Source: Anaerolineae bacterium
GTDB lineage: Bacteria; Chloroflexota; Anaerolineae; CG2-30-64-16
Length of the DNA: 64,000 nucleotides
Assembly (NCBI GenBank): GCA_040772005.1
Contig: JAXGYZ010000002.1
Span: 573,061 to 637,060 of the forward strand
Direction of reading: 5' to 3'
The notes beneath the pieces were generated by a model that was not told the origin of the DNA, did not search any database, and worked only from the letters and a program-made list of their open reading frames with translations. Position 1 is the first letter of the stretch; each line of letters begins with the position of its first letter. This document shows positions 29,896-38,653 of the stretch, piece by piece. Made by a program: the position numbers and the translations under genes.

Positions 29896-30276
29896 GCCGA
29901 TTGGGGGTGGGCGAAGTCATGTTGCAATCGGGCCTTCCACCTGGCAGTTGAAACTGCGGCTACCCCTACGAAACCGGCCTACGCCGGTTAGTTCCAGTCT
30001 GCGTAGGCAGACTTCGCAAGGGTAGCCGCAACTTCAGTTGCCAGGCGGGTTCACCTGGCGCACTATGAAACCGCCCTGCCGATTGGAGGACAGGGCGAAG
30101 TCATGTTGCAATCGGGCCTTCCACCTGGCAGTTGAAACTGCGGCTACCCCTACGAAACCGGCCTACGCCGGTTAGTTCCAGTCTGCGTAGGCAGACTTCG
30201 CAAGGGTAGCCGCAACTTCAGTTGCCAGGCGGGTTCACCTGGCGCACTATGAAACCGCCCTGCCGATTGGGGGACA
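29896..30276 (+). repeat. Tandem array (about 2.1 copies, period 184 bp) of the family-D highly structured element
   Basis: Units start at 29912 and 30096, with a partial unit end at 29896-29911. Each unit has a ~26-bp outer stem (cctggcagttgaaactgcggctaccc / gggtagccgcaacttcagttgccagg) with G·U wobbles. Each also has two perfect 7-bp hairpins (aaccggc-CTAC-gccggtt; agtctgc-GTAG-gcagact). Confidence 0.7.
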
Positions 30277-30340
30277 GGGCGCTAAAGCGCCTACTACGAA
30301 CGGGAGCAAGCTATTGGTTTGTAGCAGGCGCAGGTGCGCC
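30277..30340. repeat. Family-E hairpin repeat (GGCGCTAAAGCGCC-TACTACGAAC ... GTTTGTAGCA-GGCGCAGGTGCGCC)
   Basis: Related copies at 40634-40715 and 54720-54781. Confidence 0.5.
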
Positions 30341-30365
30341 GGATGCACGCGAATCCAGGAAGGTT

Positions 30366-30394
30366 TTGTCAAGGCGGGAGAGGTAAAGTATACT
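30366..30394 (+). promoter_or_regulatory. Putative promoter TTGTCA-17-TATACT for degV-plsX
   Basis: Hexamers and spacing read from the sequence, about 75 nt upstream of the degV ATG. Confidence 0.45.
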
Positions 30395-30467
30395 GGGGTG
30401 GTCCACTGTGGGGCAGTCTGTCCTGGCATCGTTCGATGCTATGCCACCTACCGATAAAGGATCACGC

Positions 30468-31343
30468 ATGAGCCTCAAGATCGTCACCGATTCGAGCACC
30501 AGCGTTCCTCCCGAGTATCTGGCCCGGCTCGGCATCATCGAGGTGCAGGCGAGCGTCAATTTCGGGGAAGAGAGCTTCCTTCGCTCGGAGCTGTCCCTGG
30601 AGGAGTTCTACGCGCGGCTGGCGACGGCGGACCGGCTGCCGACGACATCGCAGCCCGTGCCCGGCGCCTTCCTGAGCGCGTATGCGCAGGCGGCCGAGGC
30701 AGGCGCGGATGAGGTCATCGCGGTGTGCGTGTCGGGCCGGCTCAGCGGCACGTTGAGCAGCGCAGTCATCGCGGCAGAAGAAGCGCCCGTCACCGTGCAT
30801 CCGTGGGATTCAGAGCACGTCTCCATCGCGGCGGGCTGGCAGGCGCTCGCGGCCGGCGAACTGGCCCAGGCCGGCTGGCCGGCGGATGCGGTCCTGGCGC
30901 GGCTGGCCGACATCCGCCAGCGCACGTTCCTGGCCTTCGTGCCTGCCAGCCTGAAGCACCTGGTGGCCAGCGGCCGCGTGCCCAAGCTGCGGGGCGCGGT
31001 GGGCGACCTCCTGAGCATCAAGCCCATCATCAGTGCGGGGGGCGGGCTGCTGGAGCCGACCGGCCAGGTGCGCGGGCAGCGTCGCGCACTGGAGACCCTG
31101 CTCGATCGCGCGGTCACTGCCCTGGGCGACCGGCCCGTCCGCATGGCCGTCGCGCATGCAAATGTGCCTGCGCAGGCGGGCGAACTGGCCGTCGTGGCGC
31201 GTCGCGCCCTTAACGTGGCCGAAGAGTTTACCTATGACGTGGGGCCTGTCCTGGCGGCGCTGGCCGGGCCGGGCGTCCTGGGGTTGAGTGCCTATGCCTT
31301 GCGGGAAGATGAGCCGCACGGGCTTGTGGGAGGCCGAGCATGA
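30468..31343 (+). CDS. DegV family fatty-acid-binding protein
   Basis: MSLKIVTDSS... typical DegV N-terminus. AAAGGA RBS. ATGA overlap with plsX. Confidence 0.8.
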   Translation: MSLKIVTDSSTSVPPEYLARLGIIEVQASVNFGEESFLRSELSLEEFYARLATADRLPTTSQPVPGAFLSAYAQAAEAGADEVIAVCVSGRLSGTLSSAVIAAEEAPVTVHPWDSEHVSIAAGWQALAAGELAQAGWPADAVLARLADIRQRTFLAFVPASLKHLVASGRVPKLRGAVGDLLSIKPIISAGGGLLEPTGQVRGQRRALETLLDRAVTALGDRPVRMAVAHANVPAQAGELAVVARRALNVAEEFTYDVGPVLAALAGPGVLGLSAYALREDEPHGLVGGRA

Positions 31344-32377
31344 AGATTGTCGTTGACGCCATGGGCGGTGACCACGCGCCGGGCGTCGTGGTGGCAGGCG
31401 CGGTGGCCGAAGCGCGCGAGCGCGGCACGGCCCTGATCCTGGTAGGCATCGAGGAGCAGGTGCGCGCGGAGCTGGCGAAGCACGGCGACACGAGCGGGCT
31501 GCCCATCGAGGTGGTCCACGCTTCCGAGGTGGTCGCGATGGACGAGCACACGATGGCCGTGCGCGCGAAGCGGGACTCGTCGCTCATGGTCGGGATGCGA
31601 CTCGTCAAGGAGGGCCGAGCGGATGCCTTTGCCTCCGCGGGCAACTCCGGCGCGGTCATGGCTGCGGCGCTGTTCGCCCTGGGGCGCATCGCCGGCGTCG
31701 AGCGGCCCGCGCTGGGCAGCATCTACCCTGCCTCGCCTGAGCCATGCCTGGTCATCGACATCGGGGCCAATGCAGACTGCAAGCCGGAGTATCTCGTCCA
31801 GTTTGCGCACATGGGCCACCTGTATGCCCGGAAGATGTTCGGGCTGGCGCAGCCGAAGGTCGGCATCATCTCGAACGGCGAGGAAGCCGACAAGGGCAGC
31901 ATGCTCATCCGCGAGACCTATCCCCTGCTGAAAGCCAGCGGGCTCAACTTCGTGGGCAATGTCGAGGGCAAGGATATCGGCCGCGGCGCGGCCAATGTCG
32001 TCGTCACCGACGGGCTGACGGGCAATGTCATCGTGAAGCTGAGCGAGGGGCTGTTCTCGTTCATGCTCAAGTTTCTCAAACGGCAGTTCACCGCGGGCGT
32101 GCGCAACAAGGTGGGCCTGCTGCTGCTGCTGCCCGCGCTCGTTGCGGCGCTGCCGGGCCTGGCCGTGCTGTGGCCGACCGTGAAGGGGCTGAAGCGGCGG
32201 GTGGACTGGCGGGAGATCGGCGGCGCGCCGCTGCTCGGCGTGAACGGGGTCGTGGTCATCGGCCACGGCCGGAGCGATGCCCGCGCCATCCAGACCATGA
32301 TCCAGATGGCCGAGAAGAGCGCGCAGCAGGAGCTGGTGCAGGCCATCCGCGCTGAGTTTGCGCGCACGAGACCGTAG
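31340..32377 (+). CDS. plsX: Phosphate acyltransferase PlsX
   Basis: MKIVVDAMGGDHAPGVVV...; similarity to PlsX along the full length. Confidence 0.9.
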   Translation: MKIVVDAMGGDHAPGVVVAGAVAEARERGTALILVGIEEQVRAELAKHGDTSGLPIEVVHASEVVAMDEHTMAVRAKRDSSLMVGMRLVKEGRADAFASAGNSGAVMAAALFALGRIAGVERPALGSIYPASPEPCLVIDIGANADCKPEYLVQFAHMGHLYARKMFGLAQPKVGIISNGEEADKGSMLIRETYPLLKASGLNFVGNVEGKDIGRGAANVVVTDGLTGNVIVKLSEGLFSFMLKFLKRQFTAGVRNKVGLLLLLPALVAALPGLAVLWPTVKGLKRRVDWREIGGAPLLGVNGVVVIGHGRSDARAIQTMIQMAEKSAQQELVQAIRAEFARTRP

Positions 32378-32398
32378 CTGGTTAATTCCAGCCGATCT

Positions 32399-32580
32399 GT
32401 AATAACCTGGCTCCGGCGCATCCTGAGCGGAGAGCGTCAAGGGCAGGCGTAGCCTGATCCATGGACGCTCGCAGCCGAAGGAGCGCCGCCCGGATGCCAG
32501 CCCGGCTCCTTCGACTACGCCTCGCCCTGGGGGCAAGGCTCCGCTCAGGCTGCCTGGCTGGCCGAACTATCAAAGACTCG
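32399..32580. repeat. Family-F nested-palindrome repeat, copy 1
   Basis: Shares the catcctgagcggag...gtcgaaggagcgcc...ccggctccttcgac...ctccgctcagg architecture with 36822-36992 and 51975-52155. Confidence 0.55.
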
Positions 32581-32641
32581 CAGGTGTCTCAAACCGTAGC
32601 CGCCTGAGCCGGCAGCGGAATCCAGAGAGCTGGCAGGAGTT

Positions 32642-33928
32642 ATGACGATCACTGAGGATAAGCAGGCCCGCCGCGCGAATGGCCCAGGGGCGCGGCGGGT
32701 GGTCATCACAGGGTTGGGTGCAATCACGCCGGTCGGCCATACGGCCCCGGACACCTGGGCGGCCTTCGTGGCCGGACGCTCCGGCGTCGACCGAGTCACC
32801 AGCTTCGATGTCTCCCAGTATCCCGCGCAGATCGCGGCGGAGGTCAAGGGGTTCGACCCGACCGCATATATCCCGGCCAAGGAAGCGCGGCGCATGGCGC
32901 GCTGCAGCCAGCTTGCAGTCGTGGCGGCGCGCGAGGCCGTGGCGGATGCCGGCATCGACTGGGCGCAGGAGGACCGCGAGCGTGCGGGCGTCATCCTGGG
33001 CACGGGCATGGGCGGCACGGATATCCTCATCGAGCCGATTGGCCGCTACGGCAGAGACGGCATGGTGCGCGTCACGCCGTACGTGGCGCTGGAACACCTG
33101 GCAAACATGCCGGCGTTTCACGTGGGCATCGAGCACGGCTGCCTGGGCACCCTCTCGACCATCGTGACCGCGTGCGCGGCGGGGACGCAGGCCATCGGCG
33201 AGGGGCTGGAACTCATCCGCCGCGGGAAGACGGACATCGTGCTGGCCGGCGGCACGGAGTCGCAGGTCAACATGCTCTTCTTCACCGGCTTCAGCGCCAT
33301 GCGGGTGCTCTCCACGCGCAACGGCGACCCGCAGGCCGCGAGCCGCCCCTTCGACGCACAGCGCGACGGCTTCGTCATCGGTGAGGGCGCGGGCGTGTTC
33401 GTGCTGGAGGAGCTGGAACACGCACGGCGTCGCGGCGCGCGCATCTATGCCGAACTGCTCGGCCAGGCCGCGGGCGCGGATGCCTATCACGTCGCGCAAC
33501 CGGAAGCGACCGGCGTCGGTCCCGCGCGCACGATGCGCTGGGCGCTGGAAGACGCGGGGGTCGCGCCGGAGGCGGTGGACTACATCAACGCGCACGGCAG
33601 CGCCACGGTGCAGAATGACCTGGCAGAGACCGCGGCCATCAAACGCGTGTTCGGGGAGCACGCGTACCGGCTGGCGGTCAACAGCACCAAGAGCATGATC
33701 GGCCACTGCTTCGGCGCAGCGGGCGCAGTCGAGGGGCTGGCGACGGTCATGGCAGTCTACACGGATACGATCCACCCGACCATCAACCTCCAGGAGCCGG
33801 ACCCCGGCTGTGACCTGGATTATGTACCGAACGTCGCGCGGCAGCGCCGCGTGAATGTCGCCATTTCGAATTCTTTCGGCCTGGGCGGTCAAAACGCCTG
33901 CATCGTTCTCGGGAAATGCACGGAGTAA
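32642..33928 (+). CDS. fabF: 3-oxoacyl-[ACP] synthase II
   Basis: Active-site region ...ACAAGT... with HGSAT and NSFGLGGQNA motifs; 428 aa. Confidence 0.9.
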   Translation: MTITEDKQARRANGPGARRVVITGLGAITPVGHTAPDTWAAFVAGRSGVDRVTSFDVSQYPAQIAAEVKGFDPTAYIPAKEARRMARCSQLAVVAAREAVADAGIDWAQEDRERAGVILGTGMGGTDILIEPIGRYGRDGMVRVTPYVALEHLANMPAFHVGIEHGCLGTLSTIVTACAAGTQAIGEGLELIRRGKTDIVLAGGTESQVNMLFFTGFSAMRVLSTRNGDPQAASRPFDAQRDGFVIGEGAGVFVLEELEHARRRGARIYAELLGQAAGADAYHVAQPEATGVGPARTMRWALEDAGVAPEAVDYINAHGSATVQNDLAETAAIKRVFGEHAYRLAVNSTKSMIGHCFGAAGAVEGLATVMAVYTDTIHPTINLQEPDPGCDLDYVPNVARQRRVNVAISNSFGLGGQNACIVLGKCTE

Positions 33929-33939
33929 GGAACTGATCT

Positions 33940-34632
33940 ATGCGCGTCACCTCCAACACCAAGCTCATCAAGCGCCGCAGCAAGCTGGGGCTGATCACCA
34001 GCCTGGCCGGCATCGGCGTGCTGGCCGTCGGCATGGCCGCCTCGTTCCGGCCCCAAATCGCGTGGGTCTCGCTGATCGCCCTGGTGCTCGGCTTCATGCT
34101 GGCGCAGTTCGGCAGCTACAACCTGCGCCGGTGGGGCCGGACGCCCCGGCCGGACCAGGTCATCGAAGAGTCCATGAAGGGCTTCGACGACCGGTACCAC
34201 TTCTATGCCTGGACGCTGCCTGTGCCGTATGTGCTGCTGTCGCCCCAGGGCCTGTATACCTTCGTCACGCGCGACCAGACGGGCAAGATTTCGTCCGACG
34301 GGAAGACGTGGAAGAGCAAGTTCAGCCTCAGCCGCATGTTCATGCTTTTTGCACAGGAGGGCCTGGGCAACCCGACCGAGGAGGCCCGGCTGCACGCGGC
34401 CAAGCTGACGGAGTGGATCCGCACGAAGCTGCCGGAAGTGACGGTGAACGTCCAGCCGGCCATCGTGTTCATCGACGCGCGCGCGGAGCTGGATGTGACC
34501 GATGCGCCCGTGCCCGTGCTGGAGCCGAAGAACATCAAGAAGTGGCTGCGGGGGGGCGGCAAGGGGGACACCATCCGGCCCGCGGACCTGCGGGCGCTGG
34601 AGGCGTTGTTCGACGGGGCGTCGGCGGGGTGA
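33940..34632 (+). CDS. Membrane-anchored NERD (nuclease-related) domain-like protein
   Basis: Two N-terminal TM helices, then the YHFYAWTLPVPYVLLSPQGLYTFVTRD core resembling PF08378. Tentative. Confidence 0.45.
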   Translation: MRVTSNTKLIKRRSKLGLITSLAGIGVLAVGMAASFRPQIAWVSLIALVLGFMLAQFGSYNLRRWGRTPRPDQVIEESMKGFDDRYHFYAWTLPVPYVLLSPQGLYTFVTRDQTGKISSDGKTWKSKFSLSRMFMLFAQEGLGNPTEEARLHAAKLTEWIRTKLPEVTVNVQPAIVFIDARAELDVTDAPVPVLEPKNIKKWLRGGGKGDTIRPADLRALEALFDGASAG

Positions 34633-34634
34633 CG

Positions 34635-34690
34635 GATTTCAGATTGAAGATGTGCGCAGCGAAGCTGCGCCAAGATTGAAGATTATGGGC
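34635..34690. repeat. Degenerate GATTGAA-family element (agattgaagat-hairpin-aagattgaagatt)
   Basis: Two partial heptamer-repeat arms flank a small gcgcagc/gctgcgc hairpin. Confidence 0.4.
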
Positions 34691-34722
34691 GCCTGTCTCC
34701 ACCGGAGGCAGGCGCCGTTTTT
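34689..34722 (+). terminator. Rho-independent terminator after the NERD gene
   Basis: 12-bp GC-rich stem (gcgcctgtctcc / ggaggcaggcgc), 3-nt loop, followed by GTTTTT. Confidence 0.7.
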
Positions 34723-34769
34723 CCGCTGATCCCGAAGTCACATGGCCTTATGCGGACTCCGTACAGGCG

Positions 34770-35648
34770 TCAGGCCGCGTGTTCGGGACGGCCCGCGAGC
34801 CAGTCTTCCAGCGTTGCAACCCGCTCCGGGTGTGCGCGGCTGCGGGCCAGGAAGCCCGCGCCGTGCTGGGGCATGGGGTCCTGGTCTGTGGGCTGGTAGC
34901 GCAGGTCCACGCTCCAACGGACCTGCCCCGAGTTGTTCGCGGTCGAGGAGTGAATGAGGCGGTCGTTGAAGATGATCGCGCCGCCTGCGTTGATGGGCAG
35001 CGGGACGATCTCCGCCCGCCGCGACTCGATATGCTCCTCATCCACCTCGGTGTAACCCGTGCCGGTGTATGTCTCCTTGTGGTGGCGCAGCGCACGTGAG
35101 AGATGCGTCCGCGGGAGGACGTGCAGGCAGCCGTTCTCGTGCGTGGCGTCCACCAGCGGAATCCATATCGTGAAGACCGGGCTGGCCTTGGCATCCGGCC
35201 AGTAGCTTTTGTCCTGGTGCCATGGCACGATGCCGGCGGCTACCTTTGGCACCTTGGGCCGCACGTTGTACACAGGATTGGCGAAGATCTCCGGACCGAT
35301 CAGGCTTTCGACCACATCGAGGATCTTCGGGTTGCTCATCAGGTGGAAATAGCCGGGCAGCCGGTCGCGCCAGGAGCGGCCATAGCGCAGAAACTCCCGG
35401 TCGGTCAGCTGCTCGAACAGGCGGGCCAGCCGGGTCTCAAACCCCTCGGCCTCCAGCTTATCGGTAATCAGCCCATCGGCGTACAGATCGTCCGCGATCA
35501 TGCTCACTTTTTGCATCATCGCTTCGCGCGCGGGTGCCATGTCCGCGGCATCCAGCAGGCCGGGCAGCACGAGGTAACCCTCCCGCTCGTACAAATCCAG
35601 CTGTTCCCGCGTCAGGCCCCCGTGAGGCGCCTTGGGTCCGGTTTGCAT
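34770..35648 (-). CDS. Phytanoyl-CoA dioxygenase (PhyH) family Fe(II)/2-oxoglutarate-dependent oxygenase
   Basis: HxD...H facial triad context (WHQDKSYW...HENGCLHVLPRTH). GGAGG RBS. Confidence 0.75.
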   Translation of the reverse strand: MQTGPKAPHGGLTREQLDLYEREGYLVLPGLLDAADMAPAREAMMQKVSMIADDLYADGLITDKLEAEGFETRLARLFEQLTDREFLRYGRSWRDRLPGYFHLMSNPKILDVVESLIGPEIFANPVYNVRPKVPKVAAGIVPWHQDKSYWPDAKASPVFTIWIPLVDATHENGCLHVLPRTHLSRALRHHKETYTGTGYTEVDEEHIESRRAEIVPLPINAGGAIIFNDRLIHSSTANNSGQVRWSVDLRYQPTDQDPMPQHGAGFLARSRAHPERVATLEDWLAGRPEHAA

Positions 35649-35659
35649 GATTCCTCCGT

Positions 35660-36121
35660 TTACTTGGTCTTACCCCGTTGTTGCTGTGCTGCTTCGTAGA
35701 TGCGGATGTAGGCGTCGGGGTCGGTGCTGGCAATCGTCTGACCGATGACGTCGAGCGGCAGGTCTTCCAGCTTCTTGAAGCGCAGGCAAGACTTGCCCAT
35801 ATCGAGCTTCTTGCCCGCGTCAGCGAACCCCTGCGCCAGGGATTGCTCCGCAGCCGGGTCGCCGTAGACGCACATGAGGTAGAGCGCGTAGTGGTTCTTC
35901 TGCGCGGCCAGGCCCAGGTAGGTCAGCGGCTGCTTGTTGTAGGTCCTGGGGTAGCGTTCGAGCGGGATCTCGTAGCTGATCATCCCATAGTTCATGGTCT
36001 CCCGGTAGCCGGCGGGCAGGTTGGCGAGGATGACCGCGCGTACCCGCTCGATGACCGCGCGGCGGTCCGGCGGCAGTTCGTTCAGGTAGTCCTGTACGGT
36101 TGTGGCTTTGCTCTGCACCAT
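35660..36121 (-). CDS. DUF1801 (YdhG-like) domain protein
   Basis: ATG at 36121 preceded by GGAGAAAGA. Length about 153 aa, typical of the family. Confidence 0.55.
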   Translation of the reverse strand: MVQSKATTVQDYLNELPPDRRAVIERVRAVILANLPAGYRETMNYGMISYEIPLERYPRTYNKQPLTYLGLAAQKNHYALYLMCVYGDPAAEQSLAQGFADAGKKLDMGKSCLRFKKLEDLPLDVIGQTIASTDPDAYIRIYEAAQQQRGKTK

Positions 36122-36202
36122 GTTCTTTCTCCGATACAAACGCGCACCGCGGGATACACGGATCACGCGGAAGCCGGTTTGCTGTTTTGCCGTTGGCGGT
36201 CC

Positions 36203-36235
36203 GCCCGCATTTGAGAATGCGGGCTCCTCCTTTTT
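36203..36235 (+). terminator. Orphan intrinsic-terminator-like hairpin + T5 on the plus strand (gcccgcat-ttgaga-atgcgggc tcctccTTTTT)
   Basis: No annotated plus-strand gene ends here. Possibly the 3' end of a small RNA transcribed from 36125-36235. Confidence 0.4.
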
Positions 36236-36274
36236 CGCTCGAAAGATGCGGAACGGCCCCGGACGCGTCCGCCG

Positions 36275-36754
36275 TTACGCGGGTTTGGCGAAATCGCCTA
36301 TTGCCACATCGCCCAGCGCGGCCAGCAGGTCCGCAGTGCGCAGGATGACGGCGGTGCCGCGGACGCCCGAACCCATCGAGACTTCCTCATGTTCTAACAC
36401 GCTGCGGTCCAGCAGGACGCGCATGGGTGCAGGCAGGCCAAATGGCGCAACCGCGCCGCGCTCGTAGCCCGTCACGGCCAGCAGTTCCTCCTCCGTTGCG
36501 GTCGTCAGGCGCGACTGGCCCAGGAACGCGCGCAGCGCGGGCCAGGCCACCTGGCCGCGGCCCGCGACCAGCACCATCGCGTAGCTGTCTGCGCCGAGGC
36601 GAAACACGATGCTGCGGATGACCTGCGACGGCTGCTGGCCGCGTTCGCCGGCGGCCTGCTCGATGGTGTGCACCGGCCCCGCATGGCGGAACACGCGATG
36701 GGGGATGCCCAGTTCGGTCAACGCGCGGGAGACGGGCGGGACATTCTCAGACAT
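36275..36754 (-). CDS. ybaK: YbaK/EbsC-type aminoacyl-tRNA editing (deacylase) domain protein
   Basis: About 159 aa, with a Gly-rich editing-domain core GYERGAVAPFG. Confidence 0.6.
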   Translation of the reverse strand: MSENVPPVSRALTELGIPHRVFRHAGPVHTIEQAAGERGQQPSQVIRSIVFRLGADSYAMVLVAGRGQVAWPALRAFLGQSRLTTATEEELLAVTGYERGAVAPFGLPAPMRVLLDRSVLEHEEVSMGSGVRGTAVILRTADLLAALGDVAIGDFAKPA

Positions 36755-36821
36755 CAGATTCACCCCAAGATTACGATGGGCTCACGCCAAGACGCCAAGG
36801 ACTGTAATGCCAACCCATCTT

Positions 36822-36992
36822 TGATAACCTGGTTGCGGCGCATCCTGAGCGGAGGGCGTCAGGGCCAGGCGCAGCCGGGCCCCGACGCCCGCAGTCGAAG
36901 GAGCGCCGTCAGTCCGGCTCCTTCGACTCCGCCTCACCCTGCGGGTGAGGCTCCGCTCAGGATGCCTGGCTGGCTGAATTATCAAGGATTCG
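36822..36992. repeat. Family-F nested-palindrome repeat, copy 2
   Basis: About 85% identical to 32399-32580, including the flanking ataacctggyt...gcctggctggcygaaytatcaa segments. Confidence 0.55.
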
Positions 36993-37165
36993 TTGGAATT
37001 ACAACGCAAAGAGCGCAAAGCAATTGACTTATAAACTGACGCCAGGGTGAGACCCCCAGAGCCGAGTTGGTGCTCGGCGGTCCGACGGGCTGTGGATTCC
37101 ACCCTTGAAAGAACTAAAGTGTTTCTTTGCGTCCTTGGCGTCTTTGCGCGAGACCGCTCTTTCAA

Positions 37166-38486
37166 TCACACAGCCCCGAAGCCCAGGCAGAAATACTCGT
37201 TCGGGTTGTTGTGCAGCCAGTCCGCAGCGATCCGCTCGGCCTCGCCCGTGTCGATCCAGCCGGCGTCCACCCGCTCTGCCAGCGCGGCGGCAACGACATC
37301 GCGCGCGATGCTGAGATGCGCGACCGCATGCAGGATCGAGTCGAAGTAGTCGCCGCCGAACGCGTGGAACTTGCTGTGCGGGATCGCGGTCAGCCCCTCG
37401 CTGAGCAGGTTCGTCGCGTAGACCGGGTCGATGATCGGCAGCCAGCACAGGTTCAGGTGGACGTTCGGGTAGTTCTTGCCGAGATACAGGTACTCGCCCA
37501 TGTACGGCCAGTTGCCGTGGAACAGGTCGAAGCGAACGTCGCGGTGCAGCTCCAGCAGGGGAATCAGATGGACCGCGTTCGTCTTGGCGATGTCGTTGCG
37601 GATGCCGGCCATGTGGCCCGTATGGAGCTGGACCGGCATGTCCAGCTCGCGGGCTATCTCCATGAAGCGGTGGAACAGGTAGTCCTGCAGCGGCTTCGCT
37701 TCGGGCCAGCCGAGCGCCGCGCGCGGGTCGGCGGCGATCCGGTTGAAAAGCGCCTCCGCCTCTGCGCGGGACGGGTTGCCGAAGGCCAGCGTTCGCTCGT
37801 AGGCCGACTGATCCTTCATGCCTGCGGCCCCGCGCTCCTTCATGCGGCGGAAGGTCTCGCGGCACGCAGCCACGTAGTCGTCCAGGGAGGTGACGGGCGC
37901 GGCGACGAGCTGCGCGTTCTCCCACACCTGCGCCCAGGTGCGCACGCTGTGAAAGCCGGGCAGCGGAATCATGAAGCGGTCACGCTCGTAGGTGCGGTGC
38001 GTGCCCGCGAGATAGGCCTTCAGGTCCGGCCAGGTATTGACGAGGCGGCAGCGGATGTTGGCCCGGTCGAGCACGCCCGCATAGACGGCCGGGTCGCGCA
38101 GGTTGGGCAGGCGGCTGCGGATGCGCTGGAGCGCGGGCAGCGTGAGCTGCGGCTCGTCGAACTGCTCGGCCAGGATGCGCTTGGTGACGCGGGCATAGGC
38201 CGTGTGCTCCGTCAGCCGCCAGATGCGCTCGAACAGGGGCCATTTCTGCTCGGTCGGGATCTCGTGGTTGTTGAGGTCGTCCCAGATGCCGGGTGCGTCG
38301 CCGGACCAGCCGGGCCAGACCGCGGATAAGAGATCGGATTGCATGTAGCCCTGGATGAGATAAGCGATGGGCTCGCCGCCCGCGGGCGCGGCGTCCGGGC
38401 CGAGCGTGTGTTCATGGCAGTCGATGACCGGCAGCTGCTCGATGTAGGCGCGCAGGCCGGTGTAGGTGGCGGTATGGGGGGACATA
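37166..38486 (-). CDS. Amidohydrolase-family metal-dependent hydrolase (TIM barrel, PF04909-like)
   Basis: N-terminal IDCHEHT metal-binding motif; CAGGAG RBS before the ATG at 38486. The TTG at 38491 was rejected. Confidence 0.65.
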
Positions 38487-38496
38487 GACAACTCCT

Positions 38497-38625
38497 GTGT
38501 TAGAAAAGGACGCGCTTCATGTTGGGAACGCGGCCATCTCGGATAAGCGAATGCGCTTGCGCGCCACGAATACGCGAACCGCGTGCGTCGTGGAGGGGAT
38601 ATTCGCGATGGCCGCGTTCGCCCTC
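38497..38625 (-). repeat. Family-A repeat, copy 3 (reverse orientation, internal about 35-bp deletion)
   Basis: Its reverse complement aligns with 2067-2247 and 29624-29798. Confidence 0.5.
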
Positions 38626-38653
38626 AGAATGGAACAAACCCGTCTTCTTGGTT

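Noticed and set aside
29937-29993. Kissing-loop interaction between the CUAC and GUAG loops of the two inner hairpins of the D element
   Set aside because: The loops are complementary in the array copies but become CUGC and GAAG in the 40723-40894 copy, so the complementarity is not conserved.
29896-30276. Family-D tandem array as a CRISPR array
   Set aside because: The 184-bp units abut directly with no unique spacers. The period is far longer than any CRISPR repeat, and no cas genes are present.
36782-37165. ORFs spanning family-F and family-E/D repeats (36782-37165 -, 40663-40980 +) as genes
   Set aside because: They consist entirely of repeat-element sequence, have no RBS, and the same repeats are clearly non-coding at other loci.
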